This document shows, in pieces, positions 21,751 through 29,344 of a stretch of DNA of 32,000 bases. Origin of the DNA: Pseudomonas aeruginosa (lineage in GTDB: Bacteria > Pseudomonadota > Gammaproteobacteria > Pseudomonadales > Pseudomonadaceae); NCBI RefSeq assembly GCF_001457615.1, contig NZ_LN831024.1, forward strand, positions 630,001 through 662,000, in the 5' to 3' direction. The translations under genes were made by a program, and so were the position numbers. Each line of letters begins with the position of its first letter. Position 1 is the first letter of the stretch. The notes beneath the pieces are model-generated. The model saw nothing but the letters and a program-made list of their open reading frames with translations. It had not been told where the DNA came from and did no database searches.

Positions 21751-21878
21751 CAGGGGCGTTCGCCCAGGTTTTGCTCGCGGCTTGTGCGCCAGGTCCGGTT
21801 TTCGCGATCTGCTGTCTACCTGGCTTCCGCGCGGCAGGGAATGATGCTTGCCGGCCAACACGATAAGGAGAAGAAACG

Positions 21879-22913
21879 ATGTTGCCAGCCATGAGGACGG
21901 GCCTGTTGTGCGCCCTTCTCGGAGTTACCGCGCCCGCCTGGGCGGAATACGTGACCGTGATTTCCTTCGGCGGCGCCAACAAGGAAGCCCAGGAAACCGC
22001 GTTCTACAAACCCTTCAAGAGCGCCACCGGCAATCGCGTGGTGCATGGCTCCTACAATGGCGACCTGGCCAAGCTCAAGCGCATGGTGGAGATCAGCCAC
22101 GTCTCCTGGGACGTGGTGGAAGTCGAGGCGCCGGAGCTGGCGCGCGGTTGCGAGGAAGGTCTGTTCGAGAAGCTGGACATGGCGAAGGTCGGCGATCCCG
22201 CGGATTTCGTTCCCGGCGCGGTGCAGCCCTGCGGAGTCGGCATCTTCGTCTGGACCACGCTGCTTGCCTACAACCCCGGCAAGGTTGCGGGCAGCCCGCA
22301 GGGCTGGGCGGATTTCTGGGACGTGAAGAAGTTTCCCGGCAAGCGCGGCCTGCGCTGGGGCGCCAAGTACAGCCTGGAGTTCGCCCTGATGGCCGATGGC
22401 GTGGCGCCGAAGGACGTCTACCAGACGCTGGCGACGCCCGCCGGCGTCGAGCGGGCATTCCGCAAGCTCGACGAGCTGAAGCCCTATATCCATTGGTGGA
22501 AGTCCGGGCAGGACCCTGTGCACGACCTGGCCGATGGCACGGTGGTGATGAGTTCGGCCTACAACGGGCGGATCGCCGCGGCGCAGGCCGAGAAGCAGCG
22601 CCTGGCAATGGTCTGGAGCGGCGGCGTCTACGATTTCGACTTCTGGGCGCTGCCGGTCGGGGTTTGGAAGAAGCAGTTGGCCGAGGAGTTCATCCGTTTC
22701 GCCAGCCAGCCGGAGCAGCAGAAGGCTTTCGCCGAGAACATCGCCTACGGCCCGGCCAACCGCAAGGCGGTAGGCCTGCTCGATCCGCAAGTGGCTGCCA
22801 ACCTGCCGACCGCGCCGCAGAACATGCAGAACGCGGTGGGTATGAACGTGGCCTTCTGGGCGGAGCACGGCGAGGCCCTGGAGCAGCGTTTCCAGAACTG
22901 GGCCAAGCGCTGA
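21879..22913 (+). CDS. Periplasmic PotD/PotF-like (polyamine/amino-acid-amine type) ABC substrate-binding protein, orphan copy
   Basis: 344 aa. Signal peptide ending AWA|E. AAGGAG RBS 8 nt upstream of the ATG. Paralogous by eye (very roughly two thirds of positions look identical) to the binding protein at 24312-25358. Confidence 0.9.
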   Translation: MLPAMRTGLLCALLGVTAPAWAEYVTVISFGGANKEAQETAFYKPFKSATGNRVVHGSYNGDLAKLKRMVEISHVSWDVVEVEAPELARGCEEGLFEKLDMAKVGDPADFVPGAVQPCGVGIFVWTTLLAYNPGKVAGSPQGWADFWDVKKFPGKRGLRWGAKYSLEFALMADGVAPKDVYQTLATPAGVERAFRKLDELKPYIHWWKSGQDPVHDLADGTVVMSSAYNGRIAAAQAEKQRLAMVWSGGVYDFDFWALPVGVWKKQLAEEFIRFASQPEQQKAFAENIAYGPANRKAVGLLDPQVAANLPTAPQNMQNAVGMNVAFWAEHGEALEQRFQNWAKR

Positions 22914-22921
22914 GGAGGCCG

Positions 22922-22953
22922 TTGCGCGCCAGCCGGAGAGCGCTGGCGCGCAA
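22922..22953 (+). terminator. Probable intrinsic terminator after the orphan binding-protein gene
   Basis: Perfect 12-bp stem, TTGCGCGCCAGC (22922-22933) with GCTGGCGCGCAA (22942-22953), and an 8-nt loop. Followed by the T-rich ACCTTTGCTCTTCTC. Confidence 0.55.
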
Positions 22954-23146
22954 ACCTTTGCTCTTCTCGAAAGCTCCTTCCCAGAGCGGTCTGGCCCATT
23001 CCGGGGGGCATCTTTTTTGTAGGGCGATTCCTACAAAGAGCTTTCCTTTCCCCTGATAGAAAACTCTCTTGCCGGCCGATTTGCGTCCTGCGCCGGGTTC
23101 TCTAGGCTGTTCGCACAGCATCCATAAAACGAACAAAGGTGCGGTT

Positions 23147-24256
23147 ATGGCCGAGACTCAAGGCGGCGATGTGCTGGTCAGCTTCCGTGGCGTGCAGAAA
23201 AGCTACGACGGCGAGACCCTCATCGTGAAGGATCTCAACCTGGACATTCGCAAGGGCGAATTCCTCACCCTGCTCGGCCCCTCCGGGTCCGGCAAGACCA
23301 CCAGCCTGATGATGCTGGCCGGTTTCGAAACCCCCACCGCCGGCGAAATCCTCCTGGCCGGTCGCTCGATCAACAATGTCCCTCCGCACAAGCGCGACAT
23401 CGGCATGGTGTTCCAGAACTATGCGCTGTTCCCGCACATGACCGTGGCCGAGAACCTGGCCTTTCCCCTCAGCGTCCGTGGCATGAGCAAGACCGACGTG
23501 AAGGAAAGGGTCAAGCGCGCGTTGTCGATGGTCCAGCTCGACGCCTTCGCCGGGCGTTATCCGGCGCAGCTTTCCGGTGGCCAGCAGCAGCGCGTGGCGC
23601 TGGCCCGCGCGCTGGTCTTCGAGCCGCAACTGGTGCTGATGGACGAGCCCCTGGGAGCGCTGGACAAGCAACTTCGCGAGCACATGCAGATGGAAATCAA
23701 GCATCTGCACCAGCGCCTCGGTGTCACCGTGGTCTACGTCACCCACGACCAGGGCGAGGCGCTGACCATGTCCGACCGGGTGGCGGTGTTCCACCAGGGC
23801 GAAATCCAGCAGATCGAGCCGCCGCGCAATCTCTACGAGCAGCCGCGCAACACCTTCGTGGCCAACTTCATCGGTGAGAACAACCGTCTATCCGGGCAGC
23901 TTCTCAGTTGCGACGGCGAGCGCTGCGTGGTCGGACTGCCGCGCGGCGAGAAGGTCGAGGCGCTGGCGGTCAACGTCGGCCAGCCGGGCGAGCCGGTAAC
24001 CTTGTCGATCCGCCCCGAGCGGGTGCGCCTGAACGGTGCCAGCGAGTCTTGCGTCAACCGTTTCTCCGGCCGCGTGGCCGAATTCGTCTACCTGGGCGAC
24101 CACGTGCGTGTGCGCCTGGAGGTCTGCGGCCGCGACGACTTCTTCGTCAAGCAGCCGATCGCCGAGCTGGACCCGACGCTGAGCGTCGGTGATGTGGTTC
24201 CGCTGGGCTGGCAGGTCGAGCATGTGAGGGCGCTCGACCCTCTGCCGGCGGCGTGA
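23147..24256 (+). CDS. agtA: ABC transporter ATP-binding protein (PotA/PotG-like) of the AgtABCD importer
   Basis: The start is trimmed to the ATG at 23147 (MAETQGGDVLVSFRGVQKSY). 369 aa. Walker A GPSGSGKTT, signature LSGGQQQRV, Walker B LVLMDEP. The symbol is assigned by gene order from memory of PAO1 PA0603-PA0606. Confidence 0.92.
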   Translation: MAETQGGDVLVSFRGVQKSYDGETLIVKDLNLDIRKGEFLTLLGPSGSGKTTSLMMLAGFETPTAGEILLAGRSINNVPPHKRDIGMVFQNYALFPHMTVAENLAFPLSVRGMSKTDVKERVKRALSMVQLDAFAGRYPAQLSGGQQQRVALARALVFEPQLVLMDEPLGALDKQLREHMQMEIKHLHQRLGVTVVYVTHDQGEALTMSDRVAVFHQGEIQQIEPPRNLYEQPRNTFVANFIGENNRLSGQLLSCDGERCVVGLPRGEKVEALAVNVGQPGEPVTLSIRPERVRLNGASESCVNRFSGRVAEFVYLGDHVRVRLEVCGRDDFFVKQPIAELDPTLSVGDVVPLGWQVEHVRALDPLPAA

Positions 24257-24311
24257 GCGCCGGCAGTCCCGAACCGTACCGAAGCAACCCTGCACTGTGG
24301 AGAGAACAATA

Positions 24312-25358
24312 ATGTCGAAATCCCTGAAAGCGGCCAGCCTGAAGTTCGCCACCCTGGCGGCCGGCCTGGCCTGCGCGGCCCAGGCCATGGCGGTGGACCT
24401 GACCGTGGTGTCCTTCGGCGGGGCCAACAAGAGCGCCCAGATCAAGGCGTTCTACGAGCCCTACCAGAAAGCCACCGGCAACAGGATCGTCGCCGGCGAA
24501 TACAACGGCGAGATGGCCAAGGTCAAGGCCATGGTCGATACCAACAGCGTGTCCTGGGACCTGGTGGAAGTGGAGTCGCCGGAGCTGTCGCGCGGCTGCG
24601 ACGAAGGCCTGTTCGAGGAACTCGACCCGGCGCAGTTCGGCAAGACCGAGGACTTCGTGCCCGGCGCCATCCAACCGTGCGGCGTGGGTTTCTTCGTCTG
24701 GTCCACGGTGCTCGCCTACAACGCCGACAAGCTGAAAAGCGCGCCGACCAGTTGGGCGGACTTCTGGGACATCAAGAAATTCCCCGGCAAGCGCGGCCTG
24801 CGCAAGGGCGCCAAGTACACCCTCGAATTCGCCCTGATGGCCGATGGCGTGGCGCCGAAGGACGTCTACGGCGTGCTCGCCACCAAGGAAGGCCAGGATC
24901 GTGCCTTCAAGAAGCTCGACGAGATCAAGTCGAGCATCCAGTGGTGGGAGGCGGGCGCCCAGCCGCCGCAGTACCTGGCTTCCGGCGATGTGGTGATGAG
25001 TTCTGCCTACAACGGTCGGATCGCCGCGGTGCAGAAGGAAAGCAACCTGAAGGTGGTATGGAACGGCGGCATCTACGATTTCGACGCCTGGGCCATCCCG
25101 AAGGGGGCGAAGAAACGGGAAGAGACCCTGAAGTTCATCGCCTTCTCGGTGCAGCCCCAGCAGCAGAAGACTTACTCGGAAAACATCGCCTACGGTCCGG
25201 CCAACAAGCAGGCGGTGCCGCTGCTGGACAAGGCCCTGCTGAAGGACATGCCGACCACTCCGGAAAACATCCAGAACCAGGTGGCAATGGACGTGACCTT
25301 CTGGGCCGACTACGGCGAACAACTGGAACAGCGCTTCAACGCCTGGGCGGCCAGGTAA
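24312..25358 (+). CDS. agtB: Periplasmic PotD/PotF-like substrate-binding protein of the AgtABCD importer
   Basis: ATG at 24312 with GGAGAG 7 nt upstream. 348 aa. Signal peptide ending AMA|V. Paralog of 21879-22913. Confidence 0.9.
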   Translation: MSKSLKAASLKFATLAAGLACAAQAMAVDLTVVSFGGANKSAQIKAFYEPYQKATGNRIVAGEYNGEMAKVKAMVDTNSVSWDLVEVESPELSRGCDEGLFEELDPAQFGKTEDFVPGAIQPCGVGFFVWSTVLAYNADKLKSAPTSWADFWDIKKFPGKRGLRKGAKYTLEFALMADGVAPKDVYGVLATKEGQDRAFKKLDEIKSSIQWWEAGAQPPQYLASGDVVMSSAYNGRIAAVQKESNLKVVWNGGIYDFDAWAIPKGAKKREETLKFIAFSVQPQQQKTYSENIAYGPANKQAVPLLDKALLKDMPTTPENIQNQVAMDVTFWADYGEQLEQRFNAWAAR

Positions 25359-25432
25359 TCCTCGCCTGACCCTCCAGTGAGGGCCGGAGGGGCCGCCGCG
25401 CGGCGGCTCCTCCTACCGTTCCACACTTTCCA

Positions 25433-25460
25433 GGGCCGCTCCCGACGGCCCGCTTTTTTT
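25433..25460 (+). terminator. Intra-operon intrinsic terminator/attenuator-like hairpin with T7 tract between the binding-protein and permease genes
   Basis: GGGCCG (25433-25438), a 7-nt loop, CGGCCC (25446-25451), then GC and TTTTTTT (25454-25460). A second GC-rich imperfect palindrome (about 11 bp paired once a viable loop is allowed) lies upstream at 25386-25413. Confidence 0.55.
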
Positions 25461-25472
25461 CCGGAGTTCGCT

Positions 25473-26720
25473 ATGGCCACAGCTGTGCCCATGTCCCAGG
25501 CCGCCGGCAGCACCCTCAAGCAACGCCTGGCGCGCGCCGAGCGGATGAACCGCCTGAAGTCCCTGGCGCTGATCCTGCCCCTGCTGGCCTTCCTGGTCCT
25601 GACCTTCCTGGTGCCGATCGCCGCGCTGCTCTACAAGAGCGTGTCCAACCCGGAAGTGGTTCGCTCGTTGCCGCTGACGGTAGAGGCCATCTCCGCCTGG
25701 GACGGCAAGTCGCTGCCGGCCGACGCCGTCTACAAGGCGCTCAGCCAGGATCTCGCCGAGGCTCGTCGCAACCAGACCATCGGCGATCTCTCCAAGCGCC
25801 TGAACATGGAGCTGGCCGGTTATCGCAGCCTGATGGCGAAGACCGCGCGCAAGCTGCCGTTCAAGGAGGAGCCCGCTTCCTACAAGGACGCCATGGAGCA
25901 GCTCGACGAGCGCTGGGGCGACCCCGCCTACTGGCAGGTGATCCGCCGCAACGCCAGCAGCTATACGCCCTATTACCTGCTCGCAGCCCTCGACCACCGG
26001 ATCGACGATCTCGGCGAAGTGGCGCGCGCCACCCCGGACCAGGCCATCTACCTGGACATCTTCGCCCGCACCTTCTGGATGGGTGCGGTGATCACCGTCA
26101 TCTGCCTGCTGCTGGCCTACCCGCTGGCCTACCTGCTGGCCAACCTGCCGACGCGCAAGAGCAACCTGCTGATGATCCTGGTCCTGCTGCCGTTCTGGAC
26201 CTCGATCCTGGTACGTGTCGCTGCCTGGATCGTCCTGCTGCAATCGGGTGGCCTGATCAACGGCGCGCTGCTCAAGCTCGGCCTGATCGACCAGCCGCTG
26301 CAACTGGTGTTCAACCGCACCGGCGTATACATCGCGATGGTGCACATCATGCTGCCGTTCATGATCCTGCCGATCTACAGCGTGATGAAGGGCATTTCGC
26401 CGAGCTACATGCGCGCCGCGATTTCCCTCGGCTGCCACCCGTTCGCCAGCTTCTGGCGGGTGTATTTCCCACAGACCGTCGCGGGCGTCGGCGCCGGTTG
26501 CCTGCTGGTGTTCATCCTGTCCATCGGCTACTACATCACCCCGGCGCTGCTGGGCAGCCCGAACGACCAGATGGTCAGCTACTTCGTCGCCTTCTATACC
26601 AACAGCACCATCAACTGGGGCATGGCCACCGCCCTCGGCGGCCTGCTGCTGCTCGCTACCCTGGTGCTCTACGTCGTCTACAGCTGGCTGGTGGGCGCCA
26701 GCCGCCTGCGCCTGGGATAG
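25473..26720 (+). CDS. agtC: ABC transporter permease (PotB-like, with long N-terminal periplasmic insertion)
   Basis: The start is trimmed to the ATG at 25473 (MATAVPMSQAAGS...) with GGAG 6 nt upstream. 415 aa. Multiple TM helices. Confidence 0.88.
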   Translation: MATAVPMSQAAGSTLKQRLARAERMNRLKSLALILPLLAFLVLTFLVPIAALLYKSVSNPEVVRSLPLTVEAISAWDGKSLPADAVYKALSQDLAEARRNQTIGDLSKRLNMELAGYRSLMAKTARKLPFKEEPASYKDAMEQLDERWGDPAYWQVIRRNASSYTPYYLLAALDHRIDDLGEVARATPDQAIYLDIFARTFWMGAVITVICLLLAYPLAYLLANLPTRKSNLLMILVLLPFWTSILVRVAAWIVLLQSGGLINGALLKLGLIDQPLQLVFNRTGVYIAMVHIMLPFMILPIYSVMKGISPSYMRAAISLGCHPFASFWRVYFPQTVAGVGAGCLLVFILSIGYYITPALLGSPNDQMVSYFVAFYTNSTINWGMATALGGLLLLATLVLYVVYSWLVGASRLRLG

Positions 26721-26825
26721 AGGGCCTTCCGAGAAGGCCAACCGATTCCCCTCTGCCTTCGGAAAAAAGGTTGCCCGGAGGGCGGGGAGAGGGGGATCCG
26801 CACGAAACACATTGGAGAGCGAGTC

Positions 26826-27656
26826 ATGCTGAGTCCCTACATGTCCCCGGTCGAGCGCCTGTGGTTCTACTCCCTGCGCATCCTCTGCGGCCTGGTACTG
26901 CTGTTCCTGGTACTGCCGGTGCTGGTCATCGTGCCGCTGTCGTTCAACTCCGGCACTTTCCTGGTCTACCCGCTGCAAGGGTTCTCCCTGCGCTGGTACG
27001 CCGACTTCTTCCAGTCCGCCGAGTGGATGCGCTCGTTGACCAACAGCATGATCGTCGCTCCGGCGGCGACCCTGCTGGCAATGGTCTTCGGCACTCTGGC
27101 AGCGATCGGCCTGACCCGCGGCGAGTTCCGCGGCAAGGCACTGGTGATGAGCCTGATGATTTCGCCGATGGTGGTGCCGGTGGTGATCATCGGCGTGGCC
27201 AGCTACCTGTTCTTCGCTCCGCTGGGGCTCGGCAACAGCTACCTGTCGCTGATCGTGGTGCATGCGGTGCTCGGCGTGCCGTTCGTGATCATCACCGTCT
27301 CCGCGACCCTGCAGGGGTTCAACTACAATCTGGTGCGCGCCGCCGCCAGCCTCGGCGCGCCGCCGCTGACCACCTTCTTCCGGGTGACCCTGCCGCTGAT
27401 CGCTCCGGGAGTGATTTCCGGCGCGCTGTTCGCCTTCGCCACCTCGTTCGACGAAGTGGTAGTGACCCTCTTCCTCGCCGGTCCCGAGCAGGCCACCCTG
27501 CCGCGGCAGATGTTCAGCGGCATTCGCGAGAACCTGAGCCCCACCATTGCCGCCGCGGCGACCTTGCTGATCGGTTTCTCCGTACTGCTGTTGCTGACCC
27601 TGGAATGGCTGCGCGGGCGCAGCGAGAAGATGCGTACCGCACAACCCGGCGGCTGA
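26826..27656 (+). CDS. agtD: ABC transporter permease (PotC-like)
   Basis: 276 aa. ATG at 26826 with GGAGAG 7 nt upstream. Six predicted TM helices. An EAA-like loop region (AAASLGAPPLTTFFRVTLP). Confidence 0.9.
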   Translation: MLSPYMSPVERLWFYSLRILCGLVLLFLVLPVLVIVPLSFNSGTFLVYPLQGFSLRWYADFFQSAEWMRSLTNSMIVAPAATLLAMVFGTLAAIGLTRGEFRGKALVMSLMISPMVVPVVIIGVASYLFFAPLGLGNSYLSLIVVHAVLGVPFVIITVSATLQGFNYNLVRAAASLGAPPLTTFFRVTLPLIAPGVISGALFAFATSFDEVVVTLFLAGPEQATLPRQMFSGIRENLSPTIAAAATLLIGFSVLLLLTLEWLRGRSEKMRTAQPGG

Positions 27657-27715
27657 GGCGCAGGGCGCGCCCGGCTTGGTCCGGGCGTCGGCTGCTGCGG
27701 CGAAAAGTCGTCATT

Positions 27716-27746
27716 TTCACCGCCAAAAACCGATAACGGCTACAAT
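27716..27746 (+). promoter_or_regulatory. Candidate sigma70 promoter for rpe-gph(-trpE)
   Basis: -10 TACAAT at 27741-27746. The best -35 is TTCACC at 27716-27721, but with a long 19-nt spacer. About 34 nt upstream of the rpe ATG. Confidence 0.3.
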
Positions 27747-27779
27747 GCGCGCCTTCCGTGATCCCCTTTGAGGTGCGCC

Positions 27780-28454
27780 ATGCAACCCTTCGCCATCGCT
27801 CCGTCGATCCTTTCCGCCGATTTCGCCCGCCTGGGCGAGGACGTGGACAAGGTGCTCGCCGCCGGTGCCGACATCGTTCACTTCGACGTGATGGACAACC
27901 ACTACGTGCCGAACCTGACCATCGGCCCGATGGTCTGCTCGGCGCTGCGCAAGTACGGCGTGAGCGCGCCGATCGACGTGCACCTGATGGTGTCCCCGGT
28001 GGATCGCATCATCGGCGACTTCATCGAAGCTGGCGCCACCTACATCACCTTCCATCCGGAAGCTTCCCAGCACATCGACCGTTCCCTGCAACTGATCCGC
28101 GACGGCGGGTGCAAGGCAGGCCTGGTGTTCAACCCGGCCACTCCGCTGGAGGTGCTGAAGTACGTGATGGACAAGGTCGACATGGTCCTGCTGATGAGCG
28201 TCAACCCCGGCTTCGGCGGGCAGAAATTCATCCCCGGTACCCTCGACAAGTTGCGCGAGGCACGCGCCCTGATCGATGCCTCCGGTCGCGAGATCCGCCT
28301 GGAGATCGATGGCGGCGTCAACGTCAAGAACATCCGTGAGATCGCCGCGGCGGGCGCCGATACCTTCGTCGCCGGCTCGGCCATCTTCAACGCCCCGGAC
28401 TACGCCGAGGTCATCCGCGCCATGCATGCCGAACTGGCCCAGGCGCACCAGTAA
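27780..28454 (+). CDS. rpe: Ribulose-phosphate 3-epimerase
   Basis: ATG at 27780 ([22 protein letters not shown]...) aligns with the E. coli Rpe N-terminus. 224 aa. The track start at 27768 is a TTG. Confidence 0.95.
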   Translation: MQPFAIAPSILSADFARLGEDVDKVLAAGADIVHFDVMDNHYVPNLTIGPMVCSALRKYGVSAPIDVHLMVSPVDRIIGDFIEAGATYITFHPEASQHIDRSLQLIRDGGCKAGLVFNPATPLEVLKYVMDKVDMVLLMSVNPGFGGQKFIPGTLDKLREARALIDASGREIRLEIDGGVNVKNIREIAAAGADTFVAGSAIFNAPDYAEVIRAMHAELAQAHQ

Positions 28455-29272
28455 TGAGCGCTGCGGAGCCGTTCTTCGCCACGCGCCTGCCGCGTCTGGT
28501 GATGTTCGACCTGGATGGCACGCTGGTCGATTCCGTTCCCGACCTCACCGCCGCGGTCGACAGCATGCTCGCCAGCCTCGGGCGGCCGCCGGCGGGCATC
28601 GAGAAGGTCCGCCAGTGGATCGGTAACGGCGCACGCGTCCTGGTGCGTCGCGCCCTGGCCGGAAGCATCGAGCACGACGGCATCGGTGAGGAGGAAACCG
28701 AAGCCGCGCTGGCGTTGTTCATGGAGGCCTATGCCGACAGTCATGCGCTCACCGAGGTCTACCCCGGCGTCGTCGACACCCTCAAGTGGCTCAAGCGCAA
28801 CGGCGTGGAAATGGCGCTGATCACCAACAAGCCGGAGCGCTTCGTCGCTCCGCTGCTGGATGAGATGAAGCTGGGTCGCTATTTTCGCTGGATCATCGGC
28901 GGCGACACCCTGCCGCAGCAGAAGCCCGACCCGGCGGCGCTGCTGTTCGTGATGAAGATGGCCGGCATCGAGCCCGAAGATGCGTTGTTCGTCGGTGACT
29001 CGCGCAACGACGTGCTCGCCGCCAAAGCTGCCGGCGTGCGCTGCGCGGCGCTGACCTATGGCTACAACCACGGCCGGCCGATCGCCGAGGAAGCGCCCAC
29101 CCTGGTCATCGACAACCTGCGCGACCTGCTGCCTTGCGCCGACCAGGCCGCTGAGATAGTGTTGCCGGACGACTCCCTTTCCCCCTCCGACCAGCGAGAT
29201 CAAGCCGTGGCGGTCAGCAAACTCTGGATGAAGGTCATCAAGGCCCTGGCGCGTTGGCGCTGGCGCGCCTGA
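28454..29272 (+). CDS. gph: Phosphoglycolate phosphatase (HAD superfamily) with an unusual C-terminal tail of about 45 aa
   Basis: 272 aa. HAD motif I MFDLDGTLVDS, plus motifs TNK and GDSRNDV. The start overlaps the rpe stop (TAATG). The tail ends ...KLWMKVIKALARWRWRA. Confidence 0.9.
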   Translation: MSAAEPFFATRLPRLVMFDLDGTLVDSVPDLTAAVDSMLASLGRPPAGIEKVRQWIGNGARVLVRRALAGSIEHDGIGEEETEAALALFMEAYADSHALTEVYPGVVDTLKWLKRNGVEMALITNKPERFVAPLLDEMKLGRYFRWIIGGDTLPQQKPDPAALLFVMKMAGIEPEDALFVGDSRNDVLAAKAAGVRCAALTYGYNHGRPIAEEAPTLVIDNLRDLLPCADQAAEIVLPDDSLSPSDQRDQAVAVSKLWMKVIKALARWRWRA

Positions 29273-29306
29273 CATCATCCTCCGCCGGATAGCCGGCGCG
29301 CGTTTG
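29228..29306 (+). promoter_or_regulatory. Candidate trpE leader peptide (MKVIKALARWRWRA, in frame with the gph 3' end) plus attenuator-like alternative hairpins
   Basis: ATG at 29228. Trp codons at 29255-29257 and 29261-29263. Stop at 29270-29272, 72 nt before the trpE ATG. GCGCGCC (29263-29269) can pair with GGCGCGC (29295-29301, followed by GTTTG). CGCCGG (29283-29288) can pair with CCGGCG (29293-29298). The two pairings are mutually exclusive. Confidence 0.4.
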
Positions 29307-29344
29307 CACCCTGTTGACCGTTCTCTCCTCCGATGAGGCTGATC

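Noticed and set aside
21821-21836. Sigma54-like motif TGGCTT-N5-CGGCA, with correct GG-N10-GC spacing, upstream of the orphan binding-protein gene.
   Set aside because: The -12 element is weak (CGGCA versus TTGCA). The local regulator AgtR is a NarL-type protein, not a sigma54 enhancer-binding protein. GG-N10-GC also occurs by chance often in this GC-rich DNA. A similar weak match lies upstream of yeaG (TGGCGG-N7-GCA, complement near 7050-7066).
19348-21861. 837-aa minus-strand ORF covering agtS-agtR. Likewise 25413-27644 (743 aa) over the permeases, 28400-29848 (482 aa) over gph/trpE, 14994-16127 over amgK, and 21816-22868 / 24147-25322 over the binding-protein genes.
   Set aside because: Same reasoning. 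They are antisense to genes with clear domain signatures, are extremely Arg/Gly/Ala/His/Gln-rich, and stay open only because stop codons are rare in GC-rich antisense frames.
23013-23040. Resemblance of the TGTAGG...CCTACA dyad to lux/las-rhl boxes (CTGTAGG half-site).
   Set aside because: The half-site spacing differs: TTG-N14-CAA here versus CTG-N10-CAG in lux-type boxes. It does not fit the CT-N12-AG las/rhl pattern. It is kept only as a generic LuxR-HTH (AgtR) or REP candidate.
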